Shown piece by piece: positions 19,551-30,018 of a stretch of 64,000 nucleotides of DNA. Source of the stretch: Minisyncoccota bacterium (GTDB taxonomy: Bacteria > Patescibacteriota > Minisyncoccia > Phycocordibacterales > Phycocordibacteraceae); the NCBI GenBank assembly GCA_041660025.1, contig JBAZXD010000002.1:4635-68634 (forward strand), written 5' to 3'. The notes under the pieces were generated by a model. That model saw nothing but the letters and a program-made list of their open reading frames with translations. It did not search any database and was not told the DNA's origin. Position numbers and translations under genes: made by a program. The first letter of the stretch is position 1; each line of letters opens with the position of its first letter.

Positions 19551-20634
19551 TAAGGAAATCAGGCACCTTGCGATGATAATGGGAGCGCGGCCGAATTTCA
19601 TCAAGGCCGCGTCTCTTTGTGCAGAAGTCAAGAATCATCCAGAATTCAAGCTCACTCTCATACATACCGGACAGCATTTCGATAAAAATATGTCCGATAT
19701 TTTCTTTGAAGAAATGCGGATTCCGCGCCCCCAGGTGACATTGAATATTATGGCAGACAGGCATTCGGAAAAGATCGGTAGGATGTTTAATTCTTTGCAG
19801 GCCACGCTTTCAGAACTTTCTCCTGATGGTGTTCTAGTATTTGGCGACGTTAACTCAACTCTTGCCGGAGCTTTGGCTTCCGCAAAGAATCGTATTCCGC
19901 TCATACACGTCGAAGCCGGTTTACGAAGCCACGATAGGCGTATGCCGGAAGAGATAAATAGAGTTATTGTTGATCATCTTTCAGATGTGCTTTTTACCAC
20001 CGAACCTTCTGCGGATGAAAATCTGAAAAGAGAAGGGATTGATCCAAGTAGAATTCATCACGTGGGAAACTTAATGATAGAAAGCCTTGAACGCTATAGA
20101 GACGATATAGATTCTTCTCGAGTTCTTGACACCGTAAATCATAAAGATTATTTCATAGCGACGATTCACCGCCAGGAAAATACCGATGATCGGACTTCGC
20201 TTGAAAGGGTACTCTTCCTTCTCGATCGGATTTCAAGAAAGAAACCTGTAATTTTTCCATTACATCCAGGTACCAGAAAGAAAATAGAGGGGTACGGACT
20301 AAGCGAACTTCTCTCCAATTTAAGCGTTATAGAACCTTTGGGTTATTTTGATTTCATAAAACTCGTTCAGGAGAGCTCTGGAGTAATAACCGACTCGGGC
20401 GGGATACAGGAGGAGACGACCCATCTAGGAGTCCCTTGTGCAACGCTACGCGATAATACGGAACGCCCCATAACTGTCGAGGCTGGATCAAATAGACTTT
20501 TTGACATACGGTCAATCAGTCCAAAAGAAATACTTTTACATTTCAGCAGATCGTATCCTGCGCGGCCGATACCTCTCTGGGATGACAAAGTCAGTAAGCG
20601 CATATTTAAGTCTCTTCATACTTTCTTCAAGTAA
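19537..20634 (+). CDS. wecB: UDP-N-acetylglucosamine 2-epimerase (non-hydrolysing)
   Basis: GARPNFIK, HTGQH, GDVNSTLA, HVEAGLRS, MPEEINR, TDSGGIQEE, TERP. Confidence 0.93.
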   Translation: MESNNKEIRHLAMIMGARPNFIKAASLCAEVKNHPEFKLTLIHTGQHFDKNMSDIFFEEMRIPRPQVTLNIMADRHSEKIGRMFNSLQATLSELSPDGVLVFGDVNSTLAGALASAKNRIPLIHVEAGLRSHDRRMPEEINRVIVDHLSDVLFTTEPSADENLKREGIDPSRIHHVGNLMIESLERYRDDIDSSRVLDTVNHKDYFIATIHRQENTDDRTSLERVLFLLDRISRKKPVIFPLHPGTRKKIEGYGLSELLSNLSVIEPLGYFDFIKLVQESSGVITDSGGIQEETTHLGVPCATLRDNTERPITVEAGSNRLFDIRSISPKEILLHFSRSYPARPIPLWDDKVSKRIFKSLHTFFK

Positions 20635-20670
20635 GGGAAGAAATCGTAGGGTAGAGAAATGAAATGTTTT

Positions 20671-21540
20671 CTATTTAGGAGTATATTTGGCAAGATCAAT
20701 CAAAGAATAGAAAAAATCTTTCATTGCAGCGTACATCTTAGGTGATTTTCTTTGTAATACGTTTATACCTGGAATCCTGTCGCGCAGTCGATATATCTTC
20801 TTATTAGAAATCATGTTCCCGCCGTATATCTTGGCGATGCGACGACGTTCTTCATTGAAAAGTTTCTGTTTCGTCATGGTGTTCGAGCCGCTCCAAAGGC
20901 GGAATGCTCCGAGCGTGACAGGGATATATACGGACTTGCCAACAGCAAGTATCCTGAACCAGAGCTCGAGGTCCATGCAGTAGCTATAGGATTCGTCAGG
21001 CAACCCCACTTTATCAATGATGCGTTTCGTAAAGAAATTGAGCAGGAGAGAGCTTCCGCGCGTCCTGAGGCTCTCGAACGTCTCATTCGGGCGCGGGCGC
21101 GGTTCTATCGTGTTAGGTCGGCTGCCGTCCTCATATACCTTGAGGGTGTCGCCATAGAGCAAATCTACACTCGGATCTTTCTCATAGGCGTCGACGACGG
21201 CCTGGAATGCGCCCGGTAAGTAGTAATCATCTGAATTCATCCAAGCGAGGATCTCTCCTTTCGCCATATGAAAACCTTCATTTATGGTTTTTGTCTGACC
21301 CTTATTCTCGCGGCTGATGCATGTGTACGAGAGCCCCAGACATTTAATTGGCCAGCGGCCTTCTTTCAGCAGGGTGTCGTATTCTTCGATTATCTCTTTC
21401 GTATTGTCCGGTGAGCCGTCATTGATGACTATATATTCTACATAGAAATTTCCTTCCTGCTTGAGAACGCTTTCGATGGCTTGCGCGACAAATTGTGGTT
21501 GTTTGTATGTGGGCGTGACTATACTTATTGTTATTGCCAT
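20671..21540 (-). CDS. Glycosyltransferase family 2
   Basis: SIVTPTY, INDGSPD, AWMNSDD, MDLELW. Confidence 0.9.
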   Translation of the reverse strand: MAITISIVTPTYKQPQFVAQAIESVLKQEGNFYVEYIVINDGSPDNTKEIIEEYDTLLKEGRWPIKCLGLSYTCISRENKGQTKTINEGFHMAKGEILAWMNSDDYYLPGAFQAVVDAYEKDPSVDLLYGDTLKVYEDGSRPNTIEPRPRPNETFESLRTRGSSLLLNFFTKRIIDKVGLPDESYSYCMDLELWFRILAVGKSVYIPVTLGAFRLWSGSNTMTKQKLFNEERRRIAKIYGGNMISNKKIYRLRDRIPGINVLQRKSPKMYAAMKDFFYSLIDLAKYTPK

Positions 21541-21548
21541 AGGTGAGA

Positions 21549-22208
21549 TTATTTGACGCCTTCGAGGTTCAGACTTATTGGATACATCCCATGAATCTTA
21601 CGAGGGCCAGCCCAATCGCTGAACGAATAATAAGGTGCAGTTTCCGGGCTCCATTCTCTCGTTTCCCGGAAGCCAGCTTCCTTAAGAAGTGTGCTGAGAT
21701 ATTCTTTATTAAAGATGGCTCGATGGAAATCGAATTCGCCATTTTCGTGCGTACCCATGAGCGGAGGAAGGGTGCGTGGTACGCTCCTGCCTTCTGTTTC
21801 GTACATAGCTATCACCTTGTCAAAATCGGGAACAGAGAGTCGTAGCACACCTCCTTTTTTCAGTACGCGCTGCCATTCGCGTAGGACCTCGGGAATCTTC
21901 TGGTGGGAGATGTGTTCAAGCACGTGACAAGCATAGACAAGGTCGGCGTACTCGTCCGGAAACATGGGAAGTTTCTCGACCCTGCTCACGAAGTTGACGT
22001 GGGGGAAAGCAACACCATCGACATTTATGTATCGCGGGTCGTCTTGTTCTCCGCACCCAAGGTGGATGAGTACCTTGCCGTCAGCATTTTCTGGAATGTG
22101 CGGCGGTTTGAAAAAACGTATTGCCCTATAGGTAAGATTGGCACACACATCGTATAGCCAAATTCTCGCCGGCCGGAGTGTTTTCCTCATCTTCCGATAT
22201 ACGTTCAT
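21549..22208 (-). CDS. SAM-dependent methyltransferase
   Basis: IHLGCG, HVLEH, RVLKKGGVLRLSVPD, SLNLEGVK. Confidence 0.87.
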   Translation of the reverse strand: MNVYRKMRKTLRPARIWLYDVCANLTYRAIRFFKPPHIPENADGKVLIHLGCGEQDDPRYINVDGVAFPHVNFVSRVEKLPMFPDEYADLVYACHVLEHISHQKIPEVLREWQRVLKKGGVLRLSVPDFDKVIAMYETEGRSVPRTLPPLMGTHENGEFDFHRAIFNKEYLSTLLKEAGFRETREWSPETAPYYSFSDWAGPRKIHGMYPISLNLEGVK

Positions 22209-22325
22209 AGCTGCTTGTCTGGAAATAATACTCGATTAGCGATATTTAGCCACTTTTCTCAGATGATGATGGTTATCTTTATTATTGTGAATACAGCAGG
22301 CCGCTGATATATTTACGTTACTTCA

Positions 22326-23696
22326 ATGAGTAGTACTTCTTTCTCCTGGGACTATTTAAGAGGCGAATTTTCATATGGTTTCTGGAACGTCGCGACGAAA
22401 CTGGTCGCTGCCCTGAACACGTTTTTAGTGATCTTCTCTCTGACCATCTATGAATATGGCTCTTTCCAGCTCCTCTTGGCCTCGTATGCCGGGGCCGCAG
22501 TACTCTTGTCGGTAGGGGGTGGCGTCGTGAGAAACGATATTTTGCGGTTCGAAGCGAAGGGAAGGAGCTCCGAGGCGAAGAAGCTCTTCTATGAACTTCT
22601 CTCTGTCAGAATCGCTACCGGCGTTGTCTTATGGGCACTCGTATTTTGGGGCGCTCCACTCCTCTCTTTCAAATACGGACCCGATTATATCTCGCTGGTG
22701 AGGATACTGTCGTTCCTGTTCCTGCATGATGCTTTGATTGCCGGTGTCATGACCATCATAGAGATGCGGAAGAAATTCAACGCTATCGCAAGTCGGATGT
22801 TTATCGCTAAAGCGGTACAGCTCTCTCTCCTCTCCTATTTCTTTTTCTTTCAACACGTGAATCTTCGTGTGGTCGTGATATCGCTCGTGGTTTCAATGTT
22901 CGCGACGCTGGTCTTCCTTCTTCCATCCTTTTTTGAGTTGTCGGCTCCATGGAGGAGGATTAAGGGATCTTCTGATTTTTTTCTGTTGAAGATTCTGAGA
23001 TCATACGGCAAGTGGGAGATCTTGCAGCCGATTGCCGGGAAGTTCACGTCATTGTTCGAGGTATGGGCTATCAAGGTTTTCATAAGCACAGAGGCGGTAG
23101 CTATATTCTCGATAGCTCAGATACTACTGAACACCGTGGCTGGATTCTTCCCAGTAAATACGCTTACGACTCTTGTGCCACTAGAGGCTGGAAATGAAGA
23201 AAAGCTGAGAAAGATCTATACTTACGGGACGAAGTATCTGTCGCTCCTCTCTGTCTTTATGGGCATAGCCGCCTTCGTAGCTGTGCCGATTATCATCGAC
23301 ATGTTTTTCAATAAGTACATAGTATCTCTGCCATATTTCAATACACTGTTGCTTACTCTTCCTATCCTCTCGGTGACTGCCGTTTCCACCGTCTTCCTCA
23401 TCACGCTTCGGCGCCAAAAATTCCTCTTCTTCCAGAAACTCCTGAAGAGTATCGTGGCAGTTCCGCTCTATCTTCTGCTCCTGCCGGCATTCGGTCTGTG
23501 GGGCCTCGTTATACAAAATTTCATCACGCTCAGCGTAATGACCATCTCACTCTATCTGTATCTGGAAAGGACGAAACCGAAACTGTTCGTCAAATGGTAT
23601 GACCTGATTCGCTTTGGGGAAGGAGACCGGATATTTTTACTGAATGCCTTCAGTGAAGCTCGAATGCGCCTATTCCGCAAGTTCTTGCGTTTGTAG
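22326..23696 (+). CDS. Wzx-type oligosaccharide flippase (MOP family)
   Basis: About 12 hydrophobic segments, 'EYG.F.L', 'STEAVAIFSIA'; located within a glycan locus. Confidence 0.8.
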   Translation: MSSTSFSWDYLRGEFSYGFWNVATKLVAALNTFLVIFSLTIYEYGSFQLLLASYAGAAVLLSVGGGVVRNDILRFEAKGRSSEAKKLFYELLSVRIATGVVLWALVFWGAPLLSFKYGPDYISLVRILSFLFLHDALIAGVMTIIEMRKKFNAIASRMFIAKAVQLSLLSYFFFFQHVNLRVVVISLVVSMFATLVFLLPSFFELSAPWRRIKGSSDFFLLKILRSYGKWEILQPIAGKFTSLFEVWAIKVFISTEAVAIFSIAQILLNTVAGFFPVNTLTTLVPLEAGNEEKLRKIYTYGTKYLSLLSVFMGIAAFVAVPIIIDMFFNKYIVSLPYFNTLLLTLPILSVTAVSTVFLITLRRQKFLFFQKLLKSIVAVPLYLLLLPAFGLWGLVIQNFITLSVMTISLYLYLERTKPKLFVKWYDLIRFGEGDRIFLLNAFSEARMRLFRKFLRL

Positions 23697-23729
23697 CATC
23701 TGTGCAGTATTCGCGCCGTTTCCTACGTA

Positions 23730-24374
23730 TTATAGGGACGGCTTTTCCATGACATAGACGATGAAATGGGAAGTCCATATATTTTCCGGGAGATATTTCC
23801 AGAAGCGTTTCATCTTGTTGAATATTCCGTATGCGAATTCAGGTAAGAAGTACCTCGTCTCCTTCAGGGTGAGGTCTTTCAGGAAAACTTTGTTGAATAT
23901 GCTCTTGGAATAGACAGTGATGTGATTATTTTTCCAATTCCATCTGGGGAAATCACCGGTCTTTAAGAAGATCAGCCTGCTTATGATATGGAATACGTTG
24001 GGCATGGAAATGACAACTGTTCCGCCCGGCTTCAGCACCCGCACGATCTCGCGTATCACGAAATGAGGATTTTCTAAGTGCTCAAAGACTTCCCACGACG
24101 TTATGAGGTCGAAAGTGCTGTCTTCCCAAGGGAGTTTTTCATAACAGAAATCTACGCTCTGAAAATCGATATTATTTTTCGACAAATCGGTATAGCGTTC
24201 GATGTCAGCCCCAGATAAGTCCGAGAAACCGGCTTCTTTCAATTGCATGAGGAATTCGCCCCCTCCGCACCCTATGTCCAGGACTCTGGTCTCTGTCGAG
24301 AAACGGCTCTGTACGAGAGTCGCCGCGTAATGGGTGCTGATCATCAAGCTCGGGATACTTTTGGTTTGTTCCAT
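23730..24374 (-). CDS. Class I SAM-dependent methyltransferase
   Basis: VLDIGCGGG, EVFEHLENP, RVLKPGG. Confidence 0.9.
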   Translation of the reverse strand: MEQTKSIPSLMISTHYAATLVQSRFSTETRVLDIGCGGGEFLMQLKEAGFSDLSGADIERYTDLSKNNIDFQSVDFCYEKLPWEDSTFDLITSWEVFEHLENPHFVIREIVRVLKPGGTVVISMPNVFHIISRLIFLKTGDFPRWNWKNNHITVYSKSIFNKVFLKDLTLKETRYFLPEFAYGIFNKMKRFWKYLPENIWTSHFIVYVMEKPSL

Positions 24375-24385
24375 TTTCGGTTATT

Positions 24386-25120
24386 TTATTTTGAAAACCA
24401 AATCCAAAAATATCTCTGCTTCTCGCCCTCAGTTTTTATAAGTTTCAGCCCTAGGGAACCGAGGATGTTCTCTATTTCATCCTTGCTAAATGACGGCCCA
24501 TAAAACCAGTTGTATTTGCTGGTGGGCAGACCCCGTAATTGTATTTTCGCGACGCCGTGCGGCGCAAGGACCCTCCGTATCTCTTTGAGGTTTTCTAGGA
24601 TGATCTTTTTATCTGGCATGTGCTGAAAGACGATATACGAGAAGACAAAATCAACTGTCGAATCCTCTATGGAAGGATATCGTTCTCCATCATTCGCTAT
24701 GAATGTGATGTTGGCGAGGTTCTGGAGCCTCTCACTCCCGGCTTTTATCATCTCCGCCGATATATCTACAGCAAAGACTTTTTTGAAACGCAGAGAAAGG
24801 AATTTGGTTATCCTCCCGATTCCGCAGCCGATTTCCAGCACTGTCTTGTCTTTAAAATCGACCAGTCTGTGTGCGAGTATCTCGTCGCCAGCTATCAATT
24901 CGGTGAAATCTTTTTCACCCGATTCCTCGAATTCTTCTTCGGTTATCTTTTCACCGAAATCGGTCAAAACAAAATACCGTGCATTCTGCAATGCCAGTCT
25001 GTCCCATTTATTTTTGCTCGCTCGAAGCGTCTCGCTCGGTATCAGAAAATTTGCCATGCTTCTGAGCATAACTTTGATACTCGGCGGTATGAGATCCTTA
25101 ATTTTTTGTATCAAAATCAT
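24386..25120 (-). CDS. Class I SAM-dependent methyltransferase
   Basis: VLEIGCGIGR, VDIS, SYIVFQH, RVLAPHG. Confidence 0.9.
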   Translation of the reverse strand: MILIQKIKDLIPPSIKVMLRSMANFLIPSETLRASKNKWDRLALQNARYFVLTDFGEKITEEEFEESGEKDFTELIAGDEILAHRLVDFKDKTVLEIGCGIGRITKFLSLRFKKVFAVDISAEMIKAGSERLQNLANITFIANDGERYPSIEDSTVDFVFSYIVFQHMPDKKIILENLKEIRRVLAPHGVAKIQLRGLPTSKYNWFYGPSFSKDEIENILGSLGLKLIKTEGEKQRYFWIWFSK

Positions 25121-25295
25121 AAAATTGGTCGTTCTTACTTCCTTTTGTGCGTCCCGTAGCCAGTTGTCGTTTAATGTAGCATACCAGAGTCTTTATTTGT
25201 AGATCGCCATACTTCTCGCGTCGTTTGTCATTGAAGTGAAAAGCGGATACTATACAGCGGTAAAATACCGTCTCTCTAGACTGCATAATCCACCA

Positions 25296-27683
25296 ATGAC
25301 TGAGTCCCTGAAAAACGAAGAATTAACGATTTGCACCGTTTCCTTTGGGCACAAGGATCTTATAGAGGCCAATATCGAATTGACCGGTAAAATGAATCCG
25401 GGACGGGACATACGATGGATTATCGTTGAAAACACCCCGGATGATAAAAGCGGTACGTTTACTTTGGGGGAAAGAGGGAACATCAAGGTCATAAAAGGGA
25501 TACAGAACGATTTCAAAGGAGTAGGTTCCGCCAGCTATCATCACGCCTCCGGCTTAAATAGAGTCATGGGAGAAGTGACGACTAGATATGCGTTAGTGCT
25601 GGACCCTGATTTCTTCATACTCAGGAAAAATTGGGCGAAAGATATCATGAGTCATATGGAACGATATAAGCTGGCTTTCTTTGGAGTCCCCTACAACCCG
25701 AAGAGGTACATGAAATACAGAGGGTTTCCTTGCATACATTGCATGTTTATTGACTTGGATAAAGTTAATAAGGAAGAAATTGACTTTAATCCTAGTTACA
25801 AACAATCATCGCCTGACGTTAGCAATAGAGCTGTTATGCCGAAAGATGGGGGAGTGGCCAGGAATTTTTTTAATACTCTGAAGCGTCATGTGAGAATTGC
25901 GCTGAAAAGAAGCTCAATAATAGGATCATCGAGAGATACGGGATACGGACTTTTCGAAAGGTTCCACACTGCAGAGAATATAAGAAGCGAGTGCGCCACG
26001 CCTGTATTTAAGCCCCATAGTTCCAGCATAAAGCCATCCTGGATAGGTTCGGTAGCAAATGCTGCGATAGAGAGATTCTTGCCGGAAAATTTGTGCTACC
26101 TGCCGAAAGACCATGGCTACTATTCGGAGAGAGGTTTTAAGGAATCCGGTTTTGAAGACGTTTTTGGCGAAGGCTGGGACGAATTTATATGGAAAGGTGA
26201 GCCGTTCGGTTTTCATCTGCAGGGAGCGAATAAAGACGGTACGACGAAAGACCATTCCGGGGAGACGAGACGTCTTTCAGAAATCCTTGATAATTTCTAT
26301 CAACGCGGAAGAGTGAAGAATGTCTTTTTCGCGATGTTTGAAGGAGTAGAGTCGAAGAACATTCTGAGAACGGGCATCGTGAAAAAAGTATTGGCATCTG
26401 ATTCGAGCACTCGCGCTGTCCTTTTCATGAAGAATAAAGAGCGTGCCGAATACTATGCGAAGGAATTCTCGGATCCGAGAATCATCTATGAGGTGATAGA
26501 TGCGGGCAATCTCGGATTCGCTGACAGGATCTTCAGTTTTCTTAAGTTCAAATTCTTGCAGACTGAGACGACAGATTTGCGTGCGAAGATGATAAGAGAA
26601 GAACGAGGAGTCGTGTATTATTACTACTCCCTCGTGCTCCACCGGATTCTCGCCAGGTCGTTTTTCGTATCGTTATTTAGATGGCTCGATCTTATATTGG
26701 TCCGGAATATTTCTTTTGATAGCTATTTCGAAAGATATAATCCAACCTTGATACTGCTCGCCAATCTTTTTGAAGACCATGAGACTAACTTTCTGCGTGC
26801 CGCAAAGAAATATAGTGTGTTTAGCGTGGGACTTATCAATAGCTGGGATAGAGTAACCGCACGGTGCGTACTGAGAGTCCTGCCGGACAAGTTAATCGTT
26901 TTCAATAGTACGGTAAAGAAAGAAGTCATCGAAACGAATTACGTGGAACCGGCGGATATTTTCATTTCCGGATTGCCCCAGTACGATTACTACTTCTCTC
27001 CGATTCGTGTTGCACGGAAAGATTTCTTAAGGAAATTGGGTCTCGAGGATGACGAAAGGATAGTCTTTTATTCTCCCATCGGCGGCATGTTCAGCAATTC
27101 TGATTGGGAGATGATAGACCTTCTGTATAGCATGAATAGCGAAGGAAAATTCGGCGAAAAGGTAAAAATATTCGTCAGTTTTCCGCCGAACGATTTCATA
27201 AAAGAAGAGGAGTTGAGAAAGAGACCTTGGCTTCCTTATCAGTATATTGGAACGAGATTTTCCAGCGTCAGGTCGACAGACTGGGATATAAAAGGAGAAG
27301 AACTCGAAGATCTTAAGAATCTTCTCTTCCATGCATCCATCGTACTGTGCTATGCATCAAGTCTTTCCATCGACGCAGCAATCTTCGATAAGCCGATTAT
27401 AAACATAAATTTCGAGATAAAAGACAATGAAAGTTTATCAAAATCACCGACTGCCTTTTATAAGATGACTCACTATGAGAAAGCGCTACATGCAGGCGGC
27501 ATACGGTTAGTGAACAACGAAAGCGAACTCATAGAATGGATTAGAAGATACCTGGAAGACCCTTCCGTGGATAGGGACGGAAGGAAGAGGCTTGTAGAAA
27601 GACAGTGCGAATACACCGATGGTAAATCTGCAGACAGGATTGCCGGGTATCTCTGCAGCTTTTTAGGTCGCGCAGCTACTTGA
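25296..27683 (+). CDS. Fused glycan enzyme: GT-A-like N-half plus TagF/GT-B-like C-half
   Basis: N-half has TICTVSF, IVEN and VLDPDF (DxD). C-half from ~26313 has NSWD, SGLPQYDYY, SSLSIDAAIFDKP and DGKSADRI. Confidence 0.7.
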   Translation: MTESLKNEELTICTVSFGHKDLIEANIELTGKMNPGRDIRWIIVENTPDDKSGTFTLGERGNIKVIKGIQNDFKGVGSASYHHASGLNRVMGEVTTRYALVLDPDFFILRKNWAKDIMSHMERYKLAFFGVPYNPKRYMKYRGFPCIHCMFIDLDKVNKEEIDFNPSYKQSSPDVSNRAVMPKDGGVARNFFNTLKRHVRIALKRSSIIGSSRDTGYGLFERFHTAENIRSECATPVFKPHSSSIKPSWIGSVANAAIERFLPENLCYLPKDHGYYSERGFKESGFEDVFGEGWDEFIWKGEPFGFHLQGANKDGTTKDHSGETRRLSEILDNFYQRGRVKNVFFAMFEGVESKNILRTGIVKKVLASDSSTRAVLFMKNKERAEYYAKEFSDPRIIYEVIDAGNLGFADRIFSFLKFKFLQTETTDLRAKMIREERGVVYYYYSLVLHRILARSFFVSLFRWLDLILVRNISFDSYFERYNPTLILLANLFEDHETNFLRAAKKYSVFSVGLINSWDRVTARCVLRVLPDKLIVFNSTVKKEVIETNYVEPADIFISGLPQYDYYFSPIRVARKDFLRKLGLEDDERIVFYSPIGGMFSNSDWEMIDLLYSMNSEGKFGEKVKIFVSFPPNDFIKEEELRKRPWLPYQYIGTRFSSVRSTDWDIKGEELEDLKNLLFHASIVLCYASSLSIDAAIFDKPIININFEIKDNESLSKSPTAFYKMTHYEKALHAGGIRLVNNESELIEWIRRYLEDPSVDRDGRKRLVERQCEYTDGKSADRIAGYLCSFLGRAAT

Positions 27684-28203
27684 TGGCGCGGAGCTCTATG
27701 GTAAAGGTTTTTATTATGTCCCAAAAAAATCTGATGAAAAATCGATTATTGAAGAGTAGGGCCCGTGCCCCAGAAGGATTATAATATTTGTAGGAGATCT
27801 TCTCTATTTTCAGATTGCATTTCAGATCATAATCCGGCAAGAGGCCATGATCCGCGAAGCTTTTATCGAAGTATTCGAATGTTCTCTCGGAGAAAAATCT
27901 TTTATGAGTGGGATCTTTGAATGCCGCTGTTGATTTAAGATAGGGGACAATAATCGTCACTTTGGCATCTTTTCTGCAGACCCGGTAGATTTCTTCCATG
28001 ATAAAAACCGTATCATCCACGTGCTCCAAGATGCTGAATGCGGTCAATTCATCTACGGAATCATCCGCGAGCGGGATACCCTTGTTCAAGTCTGCAACGA
28101 TATCGACCTCAGGATATGGGAGCCGGTCTATGTTGATGAAACCTTCTTTCCGGTTCGGCCCGCCACCGAGATTCACTTTTTTCTTTTCAACAGGAGTTTC
28201 CAT
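27676..28203 (-). CDS. SAM-dependent methyltransferase
   Basis: VNLGGG, FINID, ILEH, EIYRVC, DPTHKRFF. Confidence 0.85.
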   Translation of the reverse strand: METPVEKKKVNLGGGPNRKEGFINIDRLPYPEVDIVADLNKGIPLADDSVDELTAFSILEHVDDTVFIMEEIYRVCRKDAKVTIIVPYLKSTAAFKDPTHKRFFSERTFEYFDKSFADHGLLPDYDLKCNLKIEKISYKYYNPSGARALLFNNRFFIRFFWDIIKTFTIELRAIK

Positions 28204-28361
28204 GCCTCTTAGACTTATAAGTATATGATTACACGTCATTTCTTACAAGGTTGTGATATCGGCTGTGCTAGAATTACCCAATCGGTAACGTATTGTCCAA
28301 ATCATAGGTTTATGTAATATAACGCTATATCCTGCCCACTAAGATTATTTTTGCGGATTTT

Positions 28362-29186
28362 ATGAACATAAAACAAGTCTTTTTTCTAGATCGTCGGGGG
28401 GAGATTGTCGGGACGCCAGAAAAGCAGACCAAGAAAGTAATAAATTCTTCCGTGGCATTCCCCATTGTCGTTGAGTATTATGATTGGGATTTGGATAAGC
28501 AGGCAAAAAGCGCTGAACAGTATAAGGATCAGATAAAACGCGTGTTTTATCAGGAGGGAGTGGATGATGCGGTGAAAGTAATGCTACAGGACGATGTGGC
28601 ACGTTTGAACTTGGTTCAGAAACTTGACTACGGCTCCAGAATCTTGGAAGTCGGGTCAAGTGACGGCTCAGTGAGCGTTAAGATTGCGGCGCAAAAAAAA
28701 GTAAGAGAAATCCTAGCAATCGATATACGCCAATCAGCCATCAGTGACGGGAAGAAGCTCGTTCGGGATTTAGTCAAGGACGGGGAGATTTCCGCTTCAG
28801 TTGCCCAGAAAATAAGTCTTAAGAAATATGCGATTCAAGATCTACCGGGACGGTACGGCACGTTCGACAGCGTCTGCGCCTATGAAGTCTTTGAGCACCT
28901 TGCCCCATGGGACATGATGCCGGTCTTCGAACATATATATAAGTTCATAAAACCGAAAGGGAAATTTTTCATAAGTGTACCCAATCGTTTTCCGGACTCC
29001 AAGTATGAAAAACAAGGAAGAAGCCGCTGGCGCTGGTTTGATCATAGGAATTTCTTTAGTCAGGTCAGTCTCAATCTTTTTTTGATGTCCTTCTTTAAAA
29101 AAGTTACTTTTTATCCGCTCTATCCTCACGAAAAGGCTGGAGACAGCCTCTACCTCATTTGCGAATGCTATGGCAAAAGATTCTAA
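28362..29186 (+). CDS. Class I SAM-dependent methyltransferase
   Basis: ILEVGSSDG, YEVFEHL, KPKGKFFISVPN. Confidence 0.85.
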   Translation: MNIKQVFFLDRRGEIVGTPEKQTKKVINSSVAFPIVVEYYDWDLDKQAKSAEQYKDQIKRVFYQEGVDDAVKVMLQDDVARLNLVQKLDYGSRILEVGSSDGSVSVKIAAQKKVREILAIDIRQSAISDGKKLVRDLVKDGEISASVAQKISLKKYAIQDLPGRYGTFDSVCAYEVFEHLAPWDMMPVFEHIYKFIKPKGKFFISVPNRFPDSKYEKQGRSRWRWFDHRNFFSQVSLNLFLMSFFKKVTFYPLYPHEKAGDSLYLICECYGKRF

Positions 29187-30015
29187 ATTGAAAATAATAG
29201 CTGAAATCGCATCTTCGCATAATGGCGACGTTGGTCTCGGCAAAAGAATGATACAGATTGCTGCATCTGCCGGCGTTGATATCGTTAAGTTCCAGTCCTG
29301 GCAGAGCAGAAATGTCGATGAGAGCGATCCGGATAAGGCGCGCTACGCTTCCCTTGAGTTATCTGACGATGCTCACTATGAGCTGAAAGAGGAATGTGAG
29401 AAAAACGGCGTTGAGTTCCTGACTACCTGCTATAACAGCGATCGGATACCGTTCCTGAAAGAACTCGGTCTGGAAAAAATCAAAGTAGCAAGCACCGATC
29501 TGAAGGCGTCACACTTTCTGAAGAAACTCCGCGATAACTTCAAAGAGGTAATCGTTTCTACAGGAATGTCGACCAAAGAAGAGATAGAACAAGCGGTAGA
29601 AATATTAAAGAGCGGAGAATTCACGATGATGCACTGCGTTTCGGTCTACCCCTGCCCGCTTGAAAAAGCCAATATGGGAAAGTTACTCTGGCTGCAGAGA
29701 TTGACGCCGCATGTCGGTTATTCCGACCATACTGAAGGGATCGAAGCACCAATTTTTGCCATGGGCATGGGGGTAAAATACATAGAAAAACATTTCACTC
29801 TTGATAAACACACTCTGCAAACACCACATGCGGTCGGTAAGGGGATACCTCCAATCACTACGCATTCGATTGCCAGCGAACCGGAAACATTCAGACAGAT
29901 TTGTGAGTGGCGCGATAAATATGAAATAGCCTTGGGTAATGGTAGCCTGGAGCTTCTACCTGAGGAGAGATTGACAAGAGAAAAATATACTGGCCGGTTG
30001 GGCCGGAATGACTAA
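29170..30015 (+). CDS. neuB: N-acetylneuraminate synthase family (nonulosonic acid synthase), no SAF domain
   Basis: IIAEIASSHNGD, VKFQ, KVAS, VSTGM, HCVSVYP, GYSDHT, IEKHFTLD. Confidence 0.9.
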   Translation: MAKDSKLKIIAEIASSHNGDVGLGKRMIQIAASAGVDIVKFQSWQSRNVDESDPDKARYASLELSDDAHYELKEECEKNGVEFLTTCYNSDRIPFLKELGLEKIKVASTDLKASHFLKKLRDNFKEVIVSTGMSTKEEIEQAVEILKSGEFTMMHCVSVYPCPLEKANMGKLLWLQRLTPHVGYSDHTEGIEAPIFAMGMGVKYIEKHFTLDKHTLQTPHAVGKGIPPITTHSIASEPETFRQICEWRDKYEIALGNGSLELLPEERLTREKYTGRLGRND

Positions 30016-30018
30016 TGT

